Of a stretch of DNA of 13,501 bases, positions 1 through 7,755 are shown one piece after another. Origin of the DNA: Promethearchaeia archaeon (GTDB lineage Archaea; Asgardarchaeota; Lokiarchaeia; Sigyniarchaeales; SOKP01); NCBI GenBank assembly GCA_046497275.1, contig JAWOFX010000024.1, positions 1 through 13,501 on the forward strand, given 5' to 3'. Under the pieces are notes generated by a model. It was not told the origin of the DNA and searched no databases. It saw only the letters and a program-made list of their open reading frames with translations. Position 1 is the stretch's first letter. Every line of letters begins with the position of its first letter. The translations under genes were made by a program, and so were the position numbers.

Positions 1-455
1 ATATTGAAAACACCAGTAATCGCCAGCACTTTTAATAGGTTTGAATTGAATACACTCATTTCAATTGGATCTAAAAAAGGTCTTCGTGCTCCAATCATAC
101 TATCACATTCAACGATGATATAACCGATTCCTTTCTCCTTGAATTCTTCAATAGCTTTTTTAGCTGGAGCATCAGAAATAACAATCGCAGGTATGTTTCC
201 AACTAATTCTCGTGCAGCTTTAGGTCCCTTTAATGCTGCGTTTGGGGATGACATCAAAATAAGATTGGGATTAAATTCTAGTAATTTTTTCATAGTTTCA
301 ACGCATTCTTCTGGAGGATGCATTTTAGGTCCGGAAGTCACCTCTCGAAATATAACTCGCTCTCCTTCAGCACGTTCATCTATCAGAAATGATAAGAGTA
401 CAGAAGATCCAATAGTTCCATTTTTTAACACACCAATGTTTAATTTTCCATTCAT
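1..455 (-). CDS. mtd: F420-dependent methylenetetrahydromethanopterin dehydrogenase (5' part; runs off the left edge)
   Basis: Hand translation from ATG at 455: MNGKLNIGVLKNGTIGSSVLLSFLIDERAEGERVIFREVTSGPKMHPPEECVETMKKLLEFNPNLILMSSPNAALKGPKAARELVGNIPAIVISDAPAKKAIEEFKEKGIGYIIVECDSMIGARRPFLDPIEMSVFNSNLLKVLAITGVFN. The frame is open to the window edge. It matches Mtd family motifs (DERA, SPN-x-x-x-x-GP-x-x-ARE, I-x-DAP, GY-I-x-x-x-x-D-x-M-x-GARR-x-FLDP-x-EM, KVLA-x-TG). An SD-like GGTG lies at 462-465 on the minus strand. Confidence 0.95.
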   Translation of the reverse strand, partial: MNGKLNIGVLKNGTIGSSVLLSFLIDERAEGERVIFREVTSGPKMHPPEECVETMKKLLEFNPNLILMSSPNAALKGPKAARELVGNIPAIVISDAPAKKAIEEFKEKGIGYIIVECDSMIGARRPFLDPIEMSVFNSNLLKVLAITGVFN

Positions 456-643
456 TTTTTACACCATATCAATTTTGCTTGATAAATTAGAATATTATAA
501 TTTTATATTATTAAATAATATTTTTAGACTTTATTTTTAAATTGATCAAAATCTTATTAATAGTATTCATAAAAACTTAATATCAATTATGAATTAAGAG
601 AAAGTACCTTATTTTTCAAAAAAAAGAATTGAGAGGATATAAA

Positions 644-1555
644 ATGGAATTAAATGGAATTGAAATTACTGACACGTTTTGCGAAGCTTTCTCCGGTTAT
701 TTTGCTCGGATAATTGTCACAGCTACGAATAAGACATGGTTAGATATTTGTGCTCACGAGGCTACTGGGTATGGAACTTCCACGATTCATTGCGATTCTG
801 AAGCCGCATTAGATGTATATATCTCCCCAGACGAAACCCCTGATAACCGTCCTGGAGCTGCTTTGATGTTTTTTATTAATGATAAGAAAAAAGTTGATTC
901 AGTTTTATTAGGACGCATCGGACAATGTATTTTAACCTGTCCAACTACAGCCTGTTTTGATGGAATGGAGGAATCTCTGGACCCAGAAAAAGAATTCGAA
1001 GTAAAAACAGGATATAAATTAAAATTTTTTGGGGATAAATTTGAAGAGAAACTTGAGGGAAAATTTGATTTTGAAGCATGGAAAATCCCTGTTATGGATG
1101 GAGAATTCATCGTTCAAAGTGTTTTTAGAGCTGGTAAAGGAATTGCTGGTGGAAATTTCTTAATTATTGGGAAGGATCAATCATCAACCTTAGCAGCGGC
1201 AGAAAAATCAGTGAAAGCAATGAAAGATATCCCTAATGTAATCGCACCATTCCCAGGAGGAGTTGCTCGTTCTGGTTCTAAAGTGGGATCTAAATATGAT
1301 TTTCTGGGCGCGTCTACTAACGATCCCCTCTGTCCTACCTTAAAAGATAAAATAGATAATTCCCTTTTAAGAGAGGGAGAAAATTGTGTTTATGAAGTGA
1401 TTATTAACGGGGCAACTGAATCTTCGATAAAAACAGCTATTAAGTTGGGAATTCAAGCTGCTGTTGAACTCCCTGGGGTAATGAGAATCTCTGCAGGGAA
1501 TTATGGCGGAAAACTTGGAAAATTCCAATACCAATTGCACGATATTTTGGGTTAA
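644..1555 (+). CDS. ftr: Formylmethanofuran--tetrahydromethanopterin N-formyltransferase
   Basis: The N-terminus MELNGIEITDTFCEAF and motifs ETPDNRPG, RIGQCILTCPT, GIAGGNF, PFPGGVARSGSKVGS, ASTN, YEVIING and ISAGNYGGKLG are all Ftr family hallmarks. I prefer the ATG at 644 over the TTG at 629 because GAGAGGA (631-637) is an SD-like site upstream of 644 and homologues start with ME(I/L)NG. Confidence 0.97.
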   Translation: MELNGIEITDTFCEAFSGYFARIIVTATNKTWLDICAHEATGYGTSTIHCDSEAALDVYISPDETPDNRPGAALMFFINDKKKVDSVLLGRIGQCILTCPTTACFDGMEESLDPEKEFEVKTGYKLKFFGDKFEEKLEGKFDFEAWKIPVMDGEFIVQSVFRAGKGIAGGNFLIIGKDQSSTLAAAEKSVKAMKDIPNVIAPFPGGVARSGSKVGSKYDFLGASTNDPLCPTLKDKIDNSLLREGENCVYEVIINGATESSIKTAIKLGIQAAVELPGVMRISAGNYGGKLGKFQYQLHDILG

Positions 1556-1618
1556 AAATAATAATAAATGAGAAATTTAAAAATATTTTAAAAATTTTTT
1601 ATTTCCTTATAATTTTTT
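1556..1618. terminator. Probable bidirectional oligo-T/oligo-A terminator region between convergent genes
   Basis: A 63-bp, almost pure A/T spacer between the ftr stop and the stop of the convergent minus-strand gene, with T-runs (e.g. 1595-1600) and A-runs. Archaeal intrinsic terminators are oligo-T. Confidence 0.35.
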
Positions 1619-3268
1619 CTACAATCTTCTTTTTATTTTTTTCTTTGTTGGTTTCTCTTCTTCCTCTTCTTCTGGTTGCTCTTTTTGGGGACTCAATTGT
1701 TTTTTAACTGGTTTAGATGGTTTTTTTTTACTGATTTCAGGTGTTGGTTTTTCTTGTTTTTCGATTCGAGAAGAGAGTAATCTATTTCCAAGAAAAAGTC
1801 CAATCAATACACCAATAATTAGACCAAAAATTAGAGTTAACCATGGCATAATTAGTCCCAGAGCATCTGGAATGATTCTTATCTGTTGAGGACCTTGTCC
1901 ATAATCAGAAGTAATCGTTGTAGTCCCCCCTTCAGAATCAGTTGCAGAAATATATACTAACCATGTTCCACTGATTAAATCTACTGAACGTATTAGTATT
2001 TCGAGATTCTCATGATATAATTTAGTAATATTGAACCATTCATCTTCTTCATTGAGAAGCGATACGGTTACATATTCAATAGTGCCATCATCATCTGTAA
2101 CATTTACTGTGAATATGATATCATCCCCATAAAATATAGATATCGCTTCTGTTTGCGGTCTATCATTAATTTTGTAGCTGTTAATATCTGGCAAAATGTT
2201 TTTCACAGTTAGATAAGATATATATGAACTTAATCCGCCATCTGGATCTACTGCAGTAATATTGATTAAATACTGTCCGATTGGTCTTCCAGCTGGGATA
2301 TTTAATGTTATGGTAAATGCATTATTAGAACTTCCAGATTGAGTTTCGGGATCAAGTTTTATTCCCAAAGGAGTCGTTAATTGGAGAGAGACATTGATAT
2401 TTTCTGTAGTTGACTCAGCATCGGAAACATTAACCGAAACGTCAAAATTTACTGTCCTATAAATATCATCTGGAATGATTAAACTGGAAGGAATAATGGT
2501 TGGGTTACGATTAAGAACTTTGAATCGGAAATAGATAGGTTTCGTTTTATCATTTTGATCTGTTAAATTGACTTTAACATAATAAAACTTATTCAATTTT
2601 GTAAAAATGGTATGATCAAGAAATAAAGCAAATCCTTCTATGTTATTTCCAGATATATACATAAGTGTGACTTGATTATCGTAATCTGTGCTATTTACAA
2701 TTGAAACTTGAAAGGTAAATTCATAGGTAGATATATTTTTTATAAGGATTTTTACATTTAAGCTGTCGTTTATATAACCCTCATTATTATAATTTGGTGG
2801 AAAATCCGCAGCATAATAATTAGAATTAATAAAAATTTGAGTTTCCGTGTTATTACTATTTAATAAAACATCAAATTCATCATATAGTTGGAAGGTAACA
2901 ATAGTGGTTCCATTTGGAACATAATAAGGGGCAGTGTAAGTGTATGTAAAATTTGCTCCAGTATCATACTCCATGTTATAAATATCCTTTGATCCTCCAG
3001 GATATAAAAATTGAACTTTTGTATAATTTACATTAGAAAACTCTGTTGTATTAATTTTAATAAGTATAGATTCAAATAGAGAGATAATATTTGTATCATT
3101 AAAATAAATATATTGTGGACTGATAGAACCAGAACCATTATCTGAATTTTTTATTCCATCAGAATCAGATAAAGGCTGATCTAAACCCATAGGTTGGTAT
3201 AATATAGATCCATAAATCACTGTAAAAAGGATTATAGAACAGATTAAGCATTTTTTATCTATTTTCAT
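1619..3268 (-). CDS. Membrane-anchored surface glycoprotein with about 4 Ig-like/cadherin-like beta-sandwich domains (549 aa)
   Basis: N-terminal basic plus hydrophobic signal/anchor (MKIDKK-CLICSIILFTVIYGSILY). Beta-rich repeats carry N-x-x-P-x-I starts and V/A-x-D-x-D/E motifs. C-terminal TM helix (LIMPWLTLIFGLIIGVLIGLFLG) followed by a K/E/P-rich cytoplasmic tail. About 16 N-x-S/T sequons by hand count. SD-like AAGGAG overlaps the end of the upstream gene. Confidence 0.85.
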   Translation of the reverse strand: MKIDKKCLICSIILFTVIYGSILYQPMGLDQPLSDSDGIKNSDNGSGSISPQYIYFNDTNIISLFESILIKINTTEFSNVNYTKVQFLYPGGSKDIYNMEYDTGANFTYTYTAPYYVPNGTTIVTFQLYDEFDVLLNSNNTETQIFINSNYYAADFPPNYNNEGYINDSLNVKILIKNISTYEFTFQVSIVNSTDYDNQVTLMYISGNNIEGFALFLDHTIFTKLNKFYYVKVNLTDQNDKTKPIYFRFKVLNRNPTIIPSSLIIPDDIYRTVNFDVSVNVSDAESTTENINVSLQLTTPLGIKLDPETQSGSSNNAFTITLNIPAGRPIGQYLINITAVDPDGGLSSYISYLTVKNILPDINSYKINDRPQTEAISIFYGDDIIFTVNVTDDDGTIEYVTVSLLNEEDEWFNITKLYHENLEILIRSVDLISGTWLVYISATDSEGGTTTITSDYGQGPQQIRIIPDALGLIMPWLTLIFGLIIGVLIGLFLGNRLLSSRIEKQEKPTPEISKKKPSKPVKKQLSPQKEQPEEEEEEKPTKKKIKRRL

Positions 3269-3270
3269 CT

Positions 3271-5955
3271 TTATCTCCTTAAAAGTTTAGTTTTCATTTC
3301 TTTATTTTTGAAATACAAAAGGATTGCGATTGGTATAATGATTGGTAAAATATAGAAAAGAACTAAATTCATTACTGAAATCAGTGTTTGAACCTCATAA
3401 TAGAAGCTCATTTGTTCATTTCCCATACTATCTTTTAAAACAAATTGATATTTTTTTACGCTAAAATCATAAGGATTGTAAGTAGGCACGAAACTTGCTT
3501 CTATTCTGTTCTCTCCGGGAATTAATTCTTTTGTCTGGATTAATTTTCCATTAATATAGAGAGTAAAGGATTCAGAAGTTCTTTTATTATTTTTAAGTTC
3601 TAATACAAAATACGCACGAGACCACTGTGCTACTCTTGATGGGAAAGAAGCTTCAAGTACTTCGAATTTATCAACCACATCAATGGTAAATGATTGATTA
3701 TAAAATAATATATTAGATTTGCTAATTTCCATCACTAATTCTATAGAATTAACTTTAATCGAGCTGGAAAGGTTTAAATTTTTTGTAATGGTAATAGCCT
3801 CTCCTTCAGATAAAGTATACTCTTTATGATAATCTTGAATATAAGAACCCAGAAAACTTAAATTAAAGGATTGGGTTTCATTTAAAAGAAAATTTTCCAA
3901 GTTTATTGAAATTAAAAGGATATCTCCCTCAACAACTTCTCTATCATAGGCAATCTGAGATAAATATAAGGAATTTCTAATTTCCACTTCTATTGTATGA
4001 TTCAGGAAGACGGTGGTACCATTTTTTAATAGAAAATAAAAATCGGTCAGACCTAATTCAGCACTATTGATTATTGAAAAATTTATCCAAATATTATTTA
4101 ATTCTGAAGAATTTAGAAGGATTTCTCGAGGTGTATTTATAGAAATATCTAATTTTGTTCCAAGAGAAAGCGTTAGATTCATATCATTATTTCTGGAATT
4201 ATTCAAAATCAAGGTGATGTTTCTTTTCTCCCCTTGAAAGAGATAGTTTAAGTCTTCCAAACCAGAGATATATCTGATACCTGAAGCTACTGTGAATTGC
4301 ATAGTAGTATTTGCAAGGCTGAAATAGGTAGTATTAGCCCATATATATATTAAATATTTATCTCCTATAGGTAATGACTCATCTAGTGTATAGGAAAAAA
4401 TATAACTTCCATTTTCATTAGTTGTATAACTATTTTCTAAAAATACGGTATTATTCGGATATCTTAATTGATAAGTGATACTTGCATCAGGAATATTATA
4501 GTCAAAAGTATTAGAAGTGAAAGTATAATTTGTTTTTATAACCAATTGTTCTTGATTGAAAATAAATTCGGGAGCTATTCCCGATTTGTTAAACTCTGAA
4601 TTTAGTGAGGTTTTTTTATAAAGATCAAATGCAAACAAATAGGTCTCAGTCAATCTCAAATTAGATAAAAGATTTTTATCGGCATCTGAAGTTTCTTTAT
4701 CATATGCATTAACACTATTATTATAAAAATTGCTCTCAAATGTCTCATATATTGCAGTAGCGTTTTTATAATATGAAATATTGGCAGAAATATCGAATAA
4801 TTTTAAACACGCTTTCATCATAAAAGCATTATCTTGAAGTAGTTCATTAGAAGTTGCAGTTACCCAATTAGCACTTACACTATCATAAAATGGATTACCA
4901 AATCGTAAATCAGATTCAATTATCTTATCAAAAATAAGAGTCGCATTTGTTAAATACTCATTTTCATCCGTTAATAACCAAAACTCAATTAACGCAAGAA
5001 TACCAATAGCATTAGTTTGTAAATATTTATCTGTATCGAAAATTGTTAAAGATGTATCTGAACTATAGTAATAACCATAATTAGTCTTATCCCAGAATTT
5101 TTCTGTAAGAGTTATCATTGTTTTATTTGCTAAATCCTGAGCCATCCCTCGAACTGAACTATTAAACTTATTATTCCGAGCTAACTTTGATAATGTTAAT
5201 ACAGCATATAAATTGCTTTCTGCATAAATATCTCCATTGGATGAGTTATAATCTAAAAAGATTTCGTTTGTGAAATTCCAAAATTGAGGAGAATTAATTA
5301 ATTGGAGCATTTGATTCAGGTTATTTTTATATTCTATAGACGGACTTTCTGGTATATTTTCAAGCAAAAGGATAATTGGCATTAAATTATCAATTAAATT
5401 TCTTTTAAAATTAGTGCTTCCTGAGCCAGTATCGAAGGATTCTATAAAACCATAATCATATTCGCCTTTTCCGTTATACCAGAGTGGTGTTGACTTTAAA
5501 TCTAAATAGGCATCATAAATTTCAGAAGAATTAAGGTCATCAACATAATTTTTGAGGGTATTATACAACAAGAGATTATCAAGTGAATAAACTCTATGAT
5601 CTATGATATCTCCATCAGAATCTCCTTCCCTATAATATGTATTTATAATGAATTGACTGAAATTAGAAAGATAATTTGATTCAAAAAAATTCCATATCTT
5701 ATCAAAATTTATGGTATATGGATCTTGCAAAACTGAATCAGGAATGTTTTGAGTTTTTATTGGGTATTGGTGAAAATCATCAAATTCATTTTCATCATTA
5801 TTAAAAGTTTCTGATGCGTTTGGCAATGCAGAATTGAAGAAACCAAATAATGTAAAGTTCAAAATAATTGTTGAAATTAATAATAAAGTAAAAATATTCA
5901 ATTTTTTTTTTTGAATTTGGTTCCTTGGAAATAAGGATAACTTTTTAAGTTTCAT
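3271..5955 (-). CDS. Large membrane-anchored surface protein: (alpha/alpha)6 six-hairpin glycosidase-like domain, several Ig/CARDB-like domains and a C-terminal TM (about 894 aa)
   Basis: N-terminal hydrophobic segment (IFTLLLISTIILNFTLFGFF). Six ~60-aa helical hairpin repeats, e.g. FWDKTNYGYY...KYLQTNAIGILALIEFWLLTDENEYLTNATLIFDKI, resembling the YyaL/AGE/GH76-like toroid fold. Beta-rich C-terminal half and TM LVLFYILPIIIPIAILLYF. More than 25 sequons. I prefer the ATG at 5955 over the TTG at 5958. Confidence 0.8.
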   Translation of the reverse strand: MKLKKLSLFPRNQIQKKKLNIFTLLLISTIILNFTLFGFFNSALPNASETFNNDENEFDDFHQYPIKTQNIPDSVLQDPYTINFDKIWNFFESNYLSNFSQFIINTYYREGDSDGDIIDHRVYSLDNLLLYNTLKNYVDDLNSSEIYDAYLDLKSTPLWYNGKGEYDYGFIESFDTGSGSTNFKRNLIDNLMPIILLLENIPESPSIEYKNNLNQMLQLINSPQFWNFTNEIFLDYNSSNGDIYAESNLYAVLTLSKLARNNKFNSSVRGMAQDLANKTMITLTEKFWDKTNYGYYYSSDTSLTIFDTDKYLQTNAIGILALIEFWLLTDENEYLTNATLIFDKIIESDLRFGNPFYDSVSANWVTATSNELLQDNAFMMKACLKLFDISANISYYKNATAIYETFESNFYNNSVNAYDKETSDADKNLLSNLRLTETYLFAFDLYKKTSLNSEFNKSGIAPEFIFNQEQLVIKTNYTFTSNTFDYNIPDASITYQLRYPNNTVFLENSYTTNENGSYIFSYTLDESLPIGDKYLIYIWANTTYFSLANTTMQFTVASGIRYISGLEDLNYLFQGEKRNITLILNNSRNNDMNLTLSLGTKLDISINTPREILLNSSELNNIWINFSIINSAELGLTDFYFLLKNGTTVFLNHTIEVEIRNSLYLSQIAYDREVVEGDILLISINLENFLLNETQSFNLSFLGSYIQDYHKEYTLSEGEAITITKNLNLSSSIKVNSIELVMEISKSNILFYNQSFTIDVVDKFEVLEASFPSRVAQWSRAYFVLELKNNKRTSESFTLYINGKLIQTKELIPGENRIEASFVPTYNPYDFSVKKYQFVLKDSMGNEQMSFYYEVQTLISVMNLVLFYILPIIIPIAILLYFKNKEMKTKLLRR

Positions 5956-6086
5956 CAATAGGTGATAATCACAATTATAATAAATTAAATAATAGATATT
6001 ATATTCTTAAAAAATTCTTTTTATTAAAATTTTTTCCGCAAACACCCAGAAAATATTAAAATATATAGAAAATAATATTGAAAAAA

Positions 6087-7589
6087 CTATAATTTGCTTT
6101 CAAGTAATTTTTCTCTGATTATTTCTGGAATTTTAGGGATTTTTACCCTTATTTGTTCCATAGAATCTCTATCTCTTATAGTTGCTGAATTATCCTCAAG
6201 AGAATCATAATCTACAGTAATACAAAATTTAGTACCTAATTCATCTTGTCTCCTATAACGCTTCCCAATAGAACCAGATTCATCATAAAATGAGGTTATT
6301 AAATTATCTTGAAGAACTTGATAAATATCTAATGCAAGGTTTCTTATTTCTTCTTTATTTTTAACTAAAGGAAATACTGCTACCAAATTAGGAGCTAAAT
6401 ACGTTTTTAATTGTAAATTAATTCTCTCATCTTCCACTGTAAAATTAGTTTCAAGCAAAGTATAAATGATACGATCGATCCCAAATGCCACCTCAAGGAT
6501 TTGAGGAATCTCTTTTTTATTAGTATCTGAGTCCATTGCTATTTCAAAATTACGGTTAGAAAAAGCGCCATGTCGTTTTAGATCATAATCAGTTCTGTCA
6601 TGGATCCCACATATTTCAACCCATCCATACTGTTCTGTTTTTATTTCTAAATCCCATGCGTCATCCGCATAATGGGCTCGTTCACTCGGGCTATGCTGCC
6701 TATAGCGAATTAGATCATCAGGATATCCTAATTTTTTTGTGAGATAATGAGCAAGGAATAGACAATAAGCATATGCTGGTTTTTTCAATACGTCATTTTT
6801 TATTGCTTTTCCTAAACTTATTAACTTGGGATCTTCTCTGTTTTTCTCTTGCAATTTCCAGTCTAATAATGGTAATTCCTCATCTTTGACCCCATCAAAT
6901 TCATCAAATTCATATTCTTGCTCCTTGCTTATGAACATTTGCAATTCAAATTGATCAAATGAGCGCATTCGTAAAACACCTTGTCTTGGAGAGATTTCAT
7001 TTCTGTAAGCTTTCCCAAATTGAAATATTTTTATGGGATAATGACGTCTCATAACTTGATCCAATCGATTGAAAAGAAGATACGTTGTAGTAGCTGTTTC
7101 TGGTCGTAAATATGCAATTGTGTCGGTACCTACTTTTGTCTTAAGCATTAAATTATATTCCTCAATTTTTTCGAAATTTGTATCACATTCTGGACAAGTT
7201 AAATTATTTTTTTGAATAAGGACTTCCATTTCCTTAAAGGAAAGGCCGTCAATCATCAAATCAGGTAAAGCTTCTTTAAGAAATTTATCAGCCCTGTAAA
7301 CGGAATTACATTTATGGCATCTCATAACAGGGTCAATAAAGCGCTCTAAGTGGCCAGAGGCTTCCCATACAATTTCAGGCATGATTGTAGGGCACTCTAC
7401 CTCACCAAAACCAAAAGATCTCAATTCTTTTCTAAAAGTTGATAAGATATTATTTTTAAGAGCCATTCCAGCTGGACCCATAGAATAAAATCCTGCTAAT
7501 CCACCATATATCTCTGGAGATGGACCCCAAATAAATCCCCTTCGTTTAATTAAACTGTTGAAAGTATCTATATTGTCTTTAATCTTCAT
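6087..7589 (-). CDS. glyS: Glycine--tRNA ligase, class II homodimeric archaeal/eukaryotic type (divergent)
   Basis: KRRGFIW, EIYGG, GP-x-G-x-x-LK-x-N, W-x-ASGH, Cys-rich insertion (CHKC...CPEC), YLRPETA, motif 2 FGKAYRNEISPRQG, ERAHYA, WVEICGI-x-DRTDYDL, motif 3 E-x-x-FGIDR, and anticodon-binding domain GSIGKRYRRQDELGT-x-FCITVD. SD-like AGAAGG about 8 nt upstream of the ATG. Confidence 0.93.
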   Translation of the reverse strand: MKIKDNIDTFNSLIKRRGFIWGPSPEIYGGLAGFYSMGPAGMALKNNILSTFRKELRSFGFGEVECPTIMPEIVWEASGHLERFIDPVMRCHKCNSVYRADKFLKEALPDLMIDGLSFKEMEVLIQKNNLTCPECDTNFEKIEEYNLMLKTKVGTDTIAYLRPETATTTYLLFNRLDQVMRRHYPIKIFQFGKAYRNEISPRQGVLRMRSFDQFELQMFISKEQEYEFDEFDGVKDEELPLLDWKLQEKNREDPKLISLGKAIKNDVLKKPAYAYCLFLAHYLTKKLGYPDDLIRYRQHSPSERAHYADDAWDLEIKTEQYGWVEICGIHDRTDYDLKRHGAFSNRNFEIAMDSDTNKKEIPQILEVAFGIDRIIYTLLETNFTVEDERINLQLKTYLAPNLVAVFPLVKNKEEIRNLALDIYQVLQDNLITSFYDESGSIGKRYRRQDELGTKFCITVDYDSLEDNSATIRDRDSMEQIRVKIPKIPEIIREKLLESKL

Positions 7590-7755
7590 TGTAAAACCTT
7601 CTTATATCTATAAAGTTATATTATTAGACGATCAATTGATATAATTTGATATATATTCTTAAAACACAGTAAAGATTAAGAAATTTTTGATAGAAAAAAA
7701 TGGAAATATACTTCACAAATAATTTTAATAAAGATTAAATAATAGTAAAAGAAAT

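Noticed and set aside
139-540. 133-aa plus-strand ORF in the ORF track
   Set aside because: It is an antisense shadow of mtd, which is clearly recognisable on the minus strand. It has no motif, and its 3' part is AT-rich promoter DNA.
787-1110. 107-aa minus-strand ORF
   Set aside because: It lies wholly antisense within ftr and has the Ser/Phe/Pro-rich composition typical of a shadow ORF.
1619-1642. C-terminal KKKIKRRL as a eukaryotic KKXX retrieval or PTS1 signal
   Set aside because: Position -3 is Arg rather than Lys and the tripeptide RRL does not fit PTS1. It is adequately explained by the positive-inside rule.
7631-7640. Perfect 10-bp palindrome ATCAATTGAT in the glyS/7-TM spacer
   Set aside because: It is a single short palindrome in very AT-rich DNA with no matching copy elsewhere in the window, so it is expected by chance.
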